Part shown: piece by piece, positions 25,839 to 37,899 of the stretch
How the letters are laid out: each line of letters opens with the position of its first letter
Numbering within the stretch: the first letter of the stretch is position 1
From: Malacoraja senta
Lineage: Eukaryota
Direction: 5' to 3'
Length of the DNA: 64,000 bases
Assembly (NCBI GenBank): GCA_038087875.1
Contig: CM075991.1
Coordinates: forward strand, 3,286,001 to 3,350,000
Program-made: the position numbers and the translations under genes
The notes under the pieces: generated by a model
What the model saw: only the letters and a program-made list of their open reading frames with translations
Told to the model about the DNA's origin: nothing
Databases searched by the model: none

Positions 25839-27437
25839 TCACTGACCATTCTCGTGTCCCCTCATGCCCACCGCTTCGGTGAATTGCCTCAGCTTTCCTG
25901 GGCTCAGGAACCCGGTACCGGCATCCTCAATGAGGTGGGTTTCCCGTGGCGTAACCCAAGGTGTCGTTGGGGGGGTCCCTACACATTCCACCCCCTTCTG
26001 GGCGCGCTGCTTCCTCCGTCTCCTGTAGCTGGGGTACGGTGGCTGGTTCACTGCTCCCGGTCGCCCGGAGCTGTGGCCCATCGGCCTCTGCGCTGCTCCT
26101 GGTCGCCCGGAGCTGGGGCCCATTGGCCGCTGCAATGCTCCCGGTCGCCCGGAGCTGGGGCCCATTGGCCGCTGCAATGCTCCCGGTCTCCGGGGGCTGG
26201 AGCCCCTCGGCCGCTGCACTGCTTCCGATGTCCTGGGGCTGGAGCCCCTCAGCCGCTGCTCTGCTCTCGGTCTCCTGGGGCTGGGGGATGATTGGCATGG
26301 CCTTCCTCTTTTCCTCCCCCGTTTTCTTCCTCTGCCTCCATCGTTGGGACTTCTCGGTCACCTCATCCTCCGACGAGGAGAGGTTGCTGCCTTCTGTCAG
26401 GGAGAGAGATCTTTTTTGTGATTTATTTTTGGACTAACCGGCCCTTTCCAACCTCGGCTCCTTCGGCTGAACCCTCTGGTGCTTCTTGTACGTCACCGTC
26501 GTCCATTTCTCCTGCTGTTCCCCCTCCTCCATCGACTCTCCCTCCTGGGCAGGGTGCTGGGGGTCTCCTTCAGGCACTTGGTGGCTCGAGGTGGTCGGGC
26601 TGTCCTCGTCCTTGTTCCCTCTTTCTGCTGCAATCTTGGCAGTGGTGAGGGGTGTCTCACCCACCCTGGGGGTGCTGGCAGCAGCCCCTCTTGTCGCAGT
26701 GCATTGGTGCAGGCTCTTTTAGGGCAAGCCCTGTAAAGGTGGCCTGCCTCCCCACACAGGTTGCAGGTCTTGCTGGCCTGACAGTCCTTTGTCTCATGGC
26801 CCTCCATCCTGCAGTTCTTGCAGACAACTGCAGTGCATTGGGCCATCACATGCCCAGGCTTGTTGCATTTCCTGCACAGCCTGGGCTGCACCACGTAGGT
26901 CATGTATCCTCGGTTTCCTCCAATTGTGAAAACCGAGGGAGGGTGGAGGAGTGCTCCGTCCTTGTCCACCTTCAGCTTTACCTTGACTTGCCGCTTGCTC
27001 GTCCAGATCCCATGCAGGTCCTTCACGTCCACGCAGCTCCCTGTTCCCTCGACATAACGGGCAAGGAAGGTAAGGACATCCACTACGGGCATATGTGGGT
27101 TAAACATGTGCACCGTGATCATCCTTTCCTTCTGGGTGGGGAGAGTGAAGAGCGGCTGCACTTTCAGCAGCGACAGCGGAGCTTCATTCCCCTTCTCCCG
27201 GAAGTCGTCCATCAACTTTTGCCATCCCGTCGGATACTTGAAGGTAACGTCAAAGTATCCGTTAGCCGGGAAGTCCTGGAGGCAGTAGATGTCCTTCACC
27301 TCAAATTTGCAGGCCCCCAGCAAGACCTTCTTCATGAACAGGTCCCGTGAGAAAGGAACCCCCTTGCTGAGGGCCTTAACGCTGATTGTCAGGGTATTGC
27401 GGATACCCTGTACTCCCGCTCCAGTTGCTGCAGTCAT
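25839..27437 (-). pseudogene. Tx1 ORF1 (gag-like, ZCCHC3-related), frameshifted
   Basis: CRKCNKPGHVMAQC, CKNCRMEGHETKDC and CNLCGEAGHLYRAC. The C-terminal low-complexity part continues in other frames to the stop at 25839. Confidence 0.85.
26053..26288. repeat. 42-bp tandem repeat (about 5.6 copies) in the Tx1 ORF1 tail
   Basis: Units start at 26053, 26095, 26137, 26179, 26221 and 26263 and encode a 14-aa repeat (QRPMGPSSGRPGAL). Confidence 0.9.
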
Positions 27438-28069
27438 TGTGGCTGAATGAGGTGTTAGGTTGGTTGCCCAACCAGCATAGATCCACCTCTAAGCCCGCAG
27501 CCGACCGACTCCTCTTCACCGATTCCGCTCCGCGATCCACGGCCCTTGTCCCCAAGGGACCGCCAGAACTGTTCTAATAAGAACAGATAGTCTCTTTTAC
27601 TCAAATACTCGTCCTGGGAGAACCTCCTTTTTGATCAAGGTCTCTTCCCTGCCAGGTAAGTATCTGGCACAAAGCAGCAGTGATTCTGTTACCCAAGCAT
27701 AGTTATGGGTCTACTCTTGGGTTGCTGCTGTAGTTCTCAGGCAACTCACTGTTATTCAATGCTGGTCTCAAATAAATGCCAGATCAGTCCCTCAGGACTC
27801 AGGACTCAGGCCCACATTCTCCACCAATGTGGCATTGGTCATGATACCACATCAGCAATAAACACACTGGAACACACAGTAAGGTGAACTCACAAAAATG
27901 GGCTTTATTTCACAAAACAAGATCATCCCTCTACCACCTCCCTCTCCCCCAGGGTTTATAAGGACAAGGATCAGATGAATTGGTCCAATAACCATTAATC
28001 AGATCCAACTGTTGCTCGTTTGCCAGTGGCTGGGAATCGGAGCGGACCTTAAAGTGGACATGTTGTCAC

Positions 28070-31000
28070 AATGTATAAATGACCTGATGTAAATGTAGAT
28101 GGGTTGTTGAGTAAGTTTGTTGACTATACTAATATTGGTGGAGTTGCCGATGGTGAGGAATGCTGCCAGAAGACAGAGCGGGATAAAATGTAAGAAGAGA
28201 GTATGCAGTTAATGGCAAGACCCGTAAAAGCATTGGTGTGCAGAGGGATCTTGGAGTCCAATTTCATAGTTTACAGAAGGTGGCAGCAGAAGTAGATAAG
28301 GTGGTAAAGGAGATAAATTGTGTGCTTGCCTGCATTGCGAGGGGGATTGAATACAAGAGTCTGGGAGTCACGATACAGCTACATAGGACTTTGGTTAGGC
28401 CACATTTGAAGTATTGTCTACAGTTCTGGTCGCCCCACTACCAGAAAGATAGTTCATAAGATGTGGAGGTTTTCGAGAGGGTGCAGAGGAGATTTACCAG
28501 AATGCTACCTGATTAGTTTAGTTTAGTTTATTATTGTCACATACACTCAGGAACAGTGAAAAGCTTTTTGTTGCTTGCCATCCAGTCAATGAAAAAACTA
28601 TACATGATTACAATCATGCTGTCCACAGTGTAGAGGTACAAGATAAAGGGGACAACATTCAGTGCAAGAAAAAGTCTGATAACGTTTATTAAAGATAGTT
28701 CAAAAGTCTCCAATGTGGTAGATGGGAGGTCAGGACTGCACTCTCTCTGGTGAAAAGGCATTTCAGTTGCCAGTTGTCAGGGTTTCCACGACTTGAATTT
28801 TCTTCTCTGGAATGTCGGAGGTTGCGGGGAGACTTGATAGAAGTAAACAAAATTATGAGAGGCACGGATAGGGTAGATGGTCAGAACCTTTTATCCAAGG
28901 GTGGAAAAGTCCAACACTAGAGGTCATAGCTACAAGGTGGGGTGTCTTAGGGTATCTCCGAGTCATACAGAAAAGAAACAGGCCCTTTGACCCAGCTAGC
29001 CCATGACAACCAAGGTGCCCCATCTACACTAGTTCCACCTGGCCATGTTTGGCCCATATCCCTCTAAACCGTTCCTTTCCATGTACCTGTGCATATGTCT
29101 TTTAAATGTTATTGTTTCTGCCTCAATTACAGTCCACCAGCAGCTCATCTCTTGTACCCATCACCCTGTGTTTGGAAAAAAGTTCCCCTTCAGATTCCTA
29201 TTAAATATTTCCCCTCTCACCTTAAACCTAATTCTCTGGTTCTTGATTCCCCTACATGGGTAATAGACTATCCATCCTATCCATACCTCTCATGATCATA
29301 TACAACTCTATAAGATCACCTCTCATCCATGCACTCTCCACAGAATACAGTCCTAGCCTGCCCATCCAGTCCTTATAGCTCAGTCCCTCAGTTCCTGACA
29401 ACATCCTTGTGCAGGTAAATCTCTACATTCTTTCTAGTTTAACAACATCTTCTACAGCTGGGTGACCAACTCTGATCACAATACTCCAACTGTGGACTCA
29501 CCAGCACCTTGTACAGCTGTAACATCCAAACTTCTATCCTCAAAATCCTGATTGATGAAGGCCAAAGTGCTAAAATCCTTTTTGACCACCTTGTCAACCT
29601 GTGCTACCAATTTCAATGAACTATTCACCTGCATTCCGAGATCTCTGCTCTGCAAAACTCCCCAGTTCTGACATTTATAGTGAAGATCCCGCCCTGATTA
29701 ACGTTCCCGAAATGCTGTACCTCACATTTATCTGCAGTAAACTCTATTAACCATTCTGCTGCCCCCTTGCCAACGGATCAAGATCCTGCTGCACTTGTTG
29801 ACAACTATTTTCATTGTCTACAACACCAGCCACTTTAATGTAATCTGCAAATTTACTTACCATGCCTTGTAAGTTCACATCCAAATTGATGTAAACCTCA
29901 AACAGCAATGGATCCAGCACCAATCCTTGAAGCATGCCACTAATCAGAGTCCCCAAGTCCAAAAAACAATGTTCCGCCTTCGCATGTTTCCATCCATGAA
30001 GCCAATTTTCCATCCAGGCCATTAGCTATCTTTGGATCCCATGCGATCAAACTTCCAGAACAGCCTACCATGCGGAACCTCGTCAAATGCCTTGCTGAAA
30101 TCTATGTAGAAAATGTCTACAGCTCTGCCATCAACATTTTTGGTTACATAGAGTCATAGAGTCATACAGTGTGGACACAGGCCCTTCAGCCCAACTTGCC
30201 CACACCAGCCAACAATGTCCCAGCTACACTAGTCTCACTTGCCTGTGCTTGGTCTATATCCCTCCAAACCTGTCCTATCCATGTTCCTGTCTAAATCTTT
30301 TCCCTTTCACCTTGAACCTATGCAATCTGGTCCTCAATTCCCATACTCTGGGCAAGAGACAGTGCATCTACCTGATCTATTCCTCTCATGATTTTGTACA
30401 CCTCTATAAGATCGCCCTATTCAACCTCTCTCTATAGCTTGCACCCTCCAGTCATGGCAACATCCTCATAAATCTTTTCTGAACACTTTCAAGCTTGACA
30501 ATATATTTCCTATAACATGGTGACCAGAACTGAACACAATGTTCTAAATGCGGTCTCACCAACATCTAATACAACTGTAACATGACCTCCCAACCTCTAT
30601 ACTCAATCTGACTGATGAAGGCCAAAGTGCTAAAAGCCTTTTTGACCACCCTACCCACCTGCGACTCGACCTTCAAGGAACCATGAACCTGTACCCCATG
30701 ATCCCTCTGCTCCACAACACTACCCAGAGGCCTAGCATTTACTGTGTAGGTCCTGCCCTTGTTCAACGACCGAAAATGCAACACCTCACACTTCTCAGTA
30801 TTGAATTCCATCAACCATTCCTCCGCCCACCAGGCCAATTGATCCAGACCTGTACAAGAAGGATGAGTTGCACCTGAACTGGAAGGGAACAAATATCCAG
30901 GCAAGCAGGTAGGCTCTACTATATGGGTGGGTTTAAACTATATAGGGTGATCCACAGAGGTCACATGCACTCCCTGTCTATTTCCTTTTCTCATGCTCAC

Positions 31001-33905
31001 CCACCAAAAACAATCACAAGACTCACACACAACTTAGTGCAGAATTTACGTTATCCTCTTAATCAACTTCCCCCCTCCCCCAATGCAGCACTTGCCCCTC
31101 CCCCACACGCAGCATTTGCCCCTCCCCCCACACAGCACCAGACCCACCCCACCCCCACAGCATCTGACACGTGGCCCTTCCCATTAATGCACAATCTTTT
31201 ATCTAGGGTAGGGAAATCAATAACCAGATGACAAAGGTTTAAGGAGACGAGAAATTTTATTAGAAATCCGAGGGACATCTTTTTTACTCAGAGAATGGTG
31301 GGTTTTCTGGTACGAGCTGCCAGAGGAGGTACAGCAGCTGTGGCAAGTACTATAACAGCATTTAAAAGACACATGGTGAGATACATGAAAGGAAAGGTTT
31401 AGAGCCATATGGGTCAAATGTGTGCAAATGAGACCACCTTAGATGGGGCAATTTGGTGAGCATGGACAATTGAGGTTGTTGAGCCTGTTTCCATGCTGTA
31501 TGACTCTATGACAGATGGATAACTTGCCCCATGTGATGCTGCTAAACAAGATGAGAGTGCAAGGTATTAGAGGGAAGATACCTGCATGGATAGCAGGTTG
31601 GCTGAATGGCAGAATGCAAAGAGTGGGAAAAAGGGACTTTTTGTGATAGGCTACTAGTTACTCATGGTGTTCCGTTGGGGTCAGGGTTGAGGCCACTGCT
31701 CTTCACATAGTTTATCAATGATTTGGATGAGGAAATTGATGGATATTTGGCCATTTGCAGATGATACAAAGATAGGTGGAGGAGTAGCTAATGTAGAGGA
31801 AGTAGGGAGTCTGCAGAAGGACAGGTTGGAAGAGGTGGAAGATAGAATATGGCGCAGCAAAGTGTACAGTCATGCACTTTGATAGTAGGACAAAAGTATT
31901 TTGTAAATAGGGAGAGAAATGAGAAATCTGAGGTGCAAATGGACTTGGGAGTGCTGGTGGAGTGTTCCCAAAAGATTAATTTGCAAGTTAAATCGGTAGT
32001 AAGGAAGGCAAATGTCATGTTAGCAATTATTTTGAGAAGACTAGAATATAAAAGCAGGGATGCAATGCTGATGCTTTATAGGATGCCCAGTCAGACTGCA
32101 TTTGGAGTTTTGTGAACAGTTTTGGTCCACATATCTGAGGAGGGATTTGCTAGCATTGGAGTGAGTCCAGAAGAGATTGATGAGAATGATCCGAAGGAGG
32201 AGTGGGTTAACGTATGAGGAGCCTGTGAGGGCTTTGGGCCTGGACTCGTGTGTGTTTAGAAGGATGAGTAGGAATCTCATTGAAATCTACTAAATAATGA
32301 AAGGACCACATAGAGTGGATGTTGAAAGGATATTTCCAGTAGTGGGAGAATCTAGGACCACAGGGCACAGCCTCAGAATAAAAGGACATCATTTTAGAAT
32401 GATGATGAGGATATTATTTTGCCAGAGATTAGTTTATCTGTGGAATTAATTGCCTGAGATGATTGTGGAAGCCAAGGCATTGGGTATTTTTAAAGCGGAG
32501 ATTGAAAGGTTATTAATTAACAAGGGTGTAAAATGTTAGGAAGAAGGTGGGAGAATGGGGTTCAGAGGGAAAGATCAACCATGATTGAATTGTGGAATAG
32601 AATTGATGGGCCAAATGGCCTAATTTTGCTCCTATGACATGAACATAAAAACATGAGAGCATGAAGCATTTTTGTTCTCTTCTACATTGGAGACTGTGAT
32701 ACAGGGCACAATAAAAATGAATTAAAACTGCATTCGGCATGGTGTGGTATTTTCAGGCGGCTGCTGAGAGTGCGGGTGGGCTGGGTGCTCTGAACTGTTT
32801 ACAAATTGACAAAGTCCCTGGTGGTGGAACGATGGAAATGAGAAGAGCACCCACATGGTCTGGATCACACTGTGGACAATGGGATCAACCATCTCCTCTC
32901 TGACGGTAAGCTTCTTTAACTGTATGCTTCCTGGATGCAGGTATCGGCTCGGTGACTCGTTTCCATTTCAAGTTCAATAGATATTAGACAATAGGTGCAG
33001 GAGTAGGCCATTCATCCCTTCGAGCCAGCACTGCCATTCACTGTGATCATGGCTGATCATCCACAATCAGTACCCGTCCTGCCTTCTCACCATATCCCTT
33101 GACTCTGTTAGCTCTCTCTTGAAAGCATCCAGAGAACCAGCCTCTGAGGCAGAGAATTCCGCAGACTCACAACTCTCTGTGTGAAAAGGTTTTTCCAGAT
33201 CTCCGTTCTAAATGGCTTACCCCTTATTCTTAAACAGTGGCCCCTGGTTCTGGACTCCCCCAACATCGGGAGCATGTTTCCTGCCCCTAGCGTGTCCAAA
33301 ACCTTAATAATCTGATATGTTTCAATAAGATATCCTCTCATCCTTCTAAATTCCAAGGTATACAAGCCCAGCCACTCCATTCTATCAACATACCACTGTC
33401 TGCCATTCTGGGAATTATCCTTGTGAACCTACGGTGCACTCCCTCAATAGCAAGAATGTCCTTCCTCAAATTTGGAGACCAAAACTGCACACAATACTCC
33501 AGGTGTGGTCTCACTAGGGCCCTGTACAACTGCAGAAGGACCTCTTTGCTCCTATACTCAACTCCTCCTGTTATGAAGGCCAACATGCCATTCACTTTCT
33601 TCACTGCCTGCTGTACCTGCAAGCTTACTTTCAGTGACTGATGAACAAGGACCCCCCCCCCCCCAGATCTCGTTGTGCTTCCCCTATTCCCAACTTGACA
33701 CCATTCAGATAATAATCTACCTTCCCGTTTTTGCCACTTAAGTGGATAACCTCACATCTATCCACATTAAAATGCATCTGCCATGCATCTGCCCACTCAC
33801 CAAACCTGTCCAAGTCACCCTGCAGCATTCCCCTCACAGTTCACACTGCAACCCAGCTTTGTGTCATCTGCAAATTTGTTAATGTTACTTTTAATCCCTT
33901 CATTG
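28070..33905. mobile_element. Cluster of CR1 fragments in both orientations
   Basis: Plus strand: about 28070-28935, 31190-31510 and 31520-32660. Minus strand: about 28960-30150, 30150-30850 and 32985-33905. All carry CR1 RT, C-terminal or 3' UTR motifs. Confidence 0.82.
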
Positions 33906-34188
33906 GTCTCTCAAGAGAAGGCAAAAGAAAGAAAATGGATCCGATAAACCCATTAATGGGCAGGTTCTTTCTCATTGGTGCATTAGAGCAGACTGCAGTT
34001 CACGCCTTACTTCGTTCACAATCTATTGGTTGTTTGGAGCAAAACATCATTTACTATGAAAACAGTTATCAAAGAATTAACTCTCAGATACGTTAGTGTG
34101 TCGGAAGATTTTGGAGCGACCATTCTATGTCCGTAGTGGGTGTTCAGTTGAAGTCCTGGTGTCATCGCTGCAATTGGCCGCTGGGAGA

Positions 34189-34234
34189 ATGCTGCGGTCC
34201 TTCTTGACTTTGATTGTATTGCAGATTTGGAACT
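34189..34234 (+). CDS. SRCR gene coding exon 1: signal peptide MLRSFLTLIVLQIWN
   Basis: ATG in a gagaATG context, hydrophobic core and donor T|gtgagt in phase 1. It splices in frame to the next two exons. Confidence 0.75.
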
Positions 34235-35599
34235 GTGAGTTCATTGAGAATGTTGAAAGTATTCGGTGATCAATTAACATGATATTTATTATTATACTCT
34301 ATATTCCCGTATCTTTCTAGCTACACCATTGCACGTTGTGGTGTATGGACTGTGGATAGTAGAAACTATGTATTCTCTGAATGGAGACACAAGGTCCTGC
34401 AGATGCTGCTTCACGAAAAAATACACAATTAGCTGGAATAACTCAGCGGGTCAGGCAGCATCTCTGGAGAACTTGGATAGATGACAATTCGTGTCGGGAC
34501 CCTTCTTCAAACTGTTGCACTCCAGTATTTTGTGGCTTATCACTAAATGTTGTGATGACAAAATTGTGATCTATTAAATTGATGATAAATTTCAGCCACG
34601 TGTGAAATGTCCACCTGTCCAGATCAGGGGTTTGGGTGTTTTTATAATGAGAGCACAGGAGCAGAGATGAGAAAATATGCTAATTTACTTAAAATGTATG
34701 ACGGGAGAAGTGGACTATTCAAGTGTGGCAATTATTTATTATAAATAATTCATTAATTTCTAATATTTTCTATCTGAGCCATTTGGTAACTGGTTGCTGA
34801 CTTCTGTCGGAACAGTGTGTGTTTGGATAATTTCGCCAAGATGAACACATTTAACTTCCCATTCAGATTTTTGAAAACAGATTTAAACGTGATATTTCGT
34901 CCACGGAAATTTTCTTCAGTCACAGATCAGTCAACCCGCAAGACTCGGGTCTTGTGTACTGCAATTCAGAAATAGATTATTAATCTGAATTTATCAGAGG
35001 TATAGGGCGGTCACTTTTGGGGCAGATTACATCGGAGTCCAGAGAGTATAAACTCCTTGAGGTGAGCAACAGCATCTAAAGCTGCAGCTGTTGCTGACTG
35101 AAGCCGTACACAAATTCCTGTCGCTGATAGTGATCAGTTGCAGCTTTTTTTTATCCACCATGTCATACTGTGAACTGAGCATATTTATAAAATGTAGTTA
35201 GTATCGTGTTGATGGAAATATTTTTTGTTAATTTTACATCATTAAACGTCATCTTGATGTTAACATTAGCATTAATTGTTTCATTGAACACTCACTTCGA
35301 TGGATATTGACGCTGATATTTCCACACAGTGGTCAATGATCTTCAAATGCGTCACATTATATATTCACGTAGTTTTCAGTTTGGCACTATGCGTGTCCGG
35401 CTATTAGTAGCAACACATTTATTTCTCGGGGCATTTTTGCATTCTCCATTCTGTTTAGGTGGAGAATCGCAGTTAGAGAGATGTTGCAATTTTATTTAAA
35501 TTGCTTTTCACTTGGTCTATTTTGGTTAAATGTTCAGTGCAGTTCCGTAACAAATTTCGCCCTGATATTTTATCTCCTACATACATTTAATTATAATAC

Positions 35600-35920
35600 C
35601 GCTGCTTCCACCCAGTTGTAGCGATCTCGGTTCATTCCTTACCACCGGTGCTGTATGACATGCTATTACACTTGCATCTTCCCTGTGACTGTGCGCGTTT
35701 GCCCGGGTGCTCAGGTTTCTTCGCGCATCCCATTGATTTGTTGCTAGGTAGTTTAATTATCTACTGTAAATTATCTTGAGTAGAATGGTCACACGGATGA
35801 AAGAAGGGCTGATGGGCCCGAATGAAGGGAAATAAGGAGAGGGTAAATTAAATCAACGAGATCGTTGTACGGTGCTTGTTATGGAGCCGATGGGCTGAAT
35901 GGTCTCCTTTTGTCCTATTG
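35600..35920 (+). mobile_element. Old V-SINE/HE1-like SINE
   Basis: Degenerate B-box and central domain (ccgggtgctcaggtttc..catccc) with a CR1-like 3' end. Confidence 0.55.
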
Positions 35921-36959
35921 CTTCCGCGTGCATTAAATACTTGCATAATCGTAATGCACGTCTGAGAAAATATGATCCTAATGATTCCCAAATTGTCAGA
36001 TACGATTGTGCTGTTTATATTATTACTTCGTGAGATACAACGCTAAATTAATGAGACTGTTGTGCATGCGGTCAATTGTCCACTGCATTGTCCACGGGCT
36101 GAGTTTGTGCAATCGGTGAAAGGCATAGAATTGAATAACGTTATCTAGATTCAAAAATTGTAACGCGGGTTTGAAACTGTGAACGTAAATAGACTTTCCC
36201 CACTTCTTGAAAATCGGTTAAAAGAAAATGGCAACTCGCGAGACAGTATCTGTTCCTGGAGCCAAGTTGATAACAGCACTCAGGTGTGGGAGCAAGTCGT
36301 GCCCAGTTATTGCTGGACAACGCAGGACACAAAAGAACCAACGTGTAACGGAATATCATTCAAGCATTCTCCACAAACAAATCTGAAAATAAATAGAGTC
36401 ATAGTCGCACCTGTATTAAGATACTGGAAAGTAGTATAGAAATCGGGGGCAGAATATCTTCAGTAGTCTGGGATCAGGTCATTTGTCCATCATGTGGTAG
36501 ATGGTGTTGAACACAGAAAAATATCCTGCAAATCCATCGGAGGGAATATCATCGTAAAGTTTGTTGGAGGGGAAATCAAGGAATGGCTGTCCGCAGAAAA
36601 TTAAAATGATCGAGTTTGGCACACGGTTCAGTTCACTTTGTATCGCCTGTGGGAAATAAAATTCAAATGAGAATCTGAACTCGTGACAGTATGAACCTCA
36701 CAGACAGGAGCTATTTCAAGAGTGTTTTTTTTTTTAAACTGTCATATGTACTGAAAACTGAAAAAAATGAAAAGATTTATTCTAGGGGAATAAGGATGGG
36801 GTTATTCACTGTTAATTGCATTATGAATTTTCCCATGCGAATTATCAGTTAGAGTGGCAACACAATGTATTTTCAAGGCTACGTAAAATGTGCCCTAACC
36901 TGATAGTTCACCAGAGGCGATAGGAGAGTTGTCGTGGCCCGACAGGCTTAGTTATCAGG

Positions 36960-37480
36960 TATATTGTTCCCTGTCGTTCTAAAGGGTCACCCCAGTGTAG
37001 GAAGGATGCAATTAAGATGGAAATAATGCGGTGAAGATTTACGAGACGTTTCCAGCACTTAAGGACCCGAGTTGTGGAGAGAGATTGGGCAAGCTAGGAC
37101 TTTATTCCTTGGAGCGCAGGAGACCAAGGGGCGATGGAGGAGCATATAATCACGAGAGGAATTAATAAAGTGAATGGCACAGAGTATTTTAAACCAGGAT
37201 AGGAGAAATTAAAACAACAGAGGCTAAAGGTTTTAAGATGAGAAGGGAAAGATTTAATACTAGATCTAGAGGGGCGTTTTTTCCAGACACAGGGTGGTGG
37301 GTATATGGAACAAGCTGCCAGGGGAGGCAGCTGGGGCAGGTATTTAAGGTATTTAATGCATTTAAAATTCATTGATCGGGTACAAGCATTGGAACGTTTT
37401 AGAGAGACATGGGCCAAACGTGGGCAAATTGAACTTGCTTAGATGGGACAATCTGGTCGGCATGGACCAAATTTACCACA
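36960..37480 (+). mobile_element. Old CR1 3' fragment in SRCR intron 1
   Basis: Degenerate CR1 C-terminal coding sequence (ggactttattccttggagcg, cacagggtggtgggtatatggaac). Confidence 0.7.
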
Positions 37481-37783
37481 TCGGTAAATTGTATCCAGAT
37501 CTCTGTAGATCTAACAATAAATGTAATTGCAACAGAGACACGATACGATTTTCTGACTGCTGATATTTATTTACAGTAACATCTAAAAAAAGCAGGTGGG
37601 AAGGTGAAACAACTCTCTGTAGCGGTTCGGAACGCTGCCTCTCAGGTCACTGTCGGGGCTTTTTCCGGTGATGGTTTCATTAATGAGATGCCCACCTCCC
37701 CATGGACCCATTCGCTCCCACATCCCAACCCCATCACTCCACCCGTCACACAGCCAAATCTCATTCTTTATTTCTCATTTCAG

Positions 37784-37816
37784 GCCGACCCGGGGATTGT
37801 CAGGCGGACCCTTCAG
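37784..37816 (+). CDS. SRCR gene coding exon 2 (33 nt): CRPGDCQADPS
   Basis: Strong acceptor tttatttctcatttcag| and donor cag|gtaacc, phase 1-1, in frame with both neighbouring exons. Confidence 0.8.
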
Positions 37817-37899
37817 GTAACCTCGCTTAACTTTCACTGCGTTAAGAGTGCGGCTACTGAGACTGATTGTTACTGAAGACCTTTAATGCTACTTGCGAG

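Larger units (their letters stand above)
19597..27590 (-). mobile_element. Near full-length Tx1-clade (Keno-like) non-LTR retrotransposon, interrupted by an L1
   Basis: Contains a 5' UTR, an ORF1 with three CCHC knuckles, an ORF2 with APE endonuclease, RT (LYMDDV) and C-terminal CPRDGC..HLFAEC, and a 3' UTR ending in aataaa and an A-rich tail. Confidence 0.92.

Noticed and set aside
26053..26288. Regularly spaced repeat resembling a CRISPR array
   Set aside because: The units are contiguous with no unique spacers, lie in a retrotransposon ORF1, and have no cas genes nearby. The context is eukaryotic.
27438..27520. HDV-like or twister ribozyme in the Tx1 5' UTR
   Set aside because: There is too little sequence between the candidate P2 and P4 for an HDV fold, and the twister pseudoknot motifs are absent. 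It is kept only as a structured UTR.
32757..32905. Exon-like segment with a hydrophobic peptide MVWITLWTMGSTISSLT
   Set aside because: Its phase-0 donor would put the SRCR exons out of frame, and 34189-34234 fits better. It could still be a non-coding exon.
35005..35200. GC box, TATA and ccaccATG in SRCR intron 1
   Set aside because: The 13-codon peptide is not signal-like and the donor is weak. There is not enough support for an alternative first exon.
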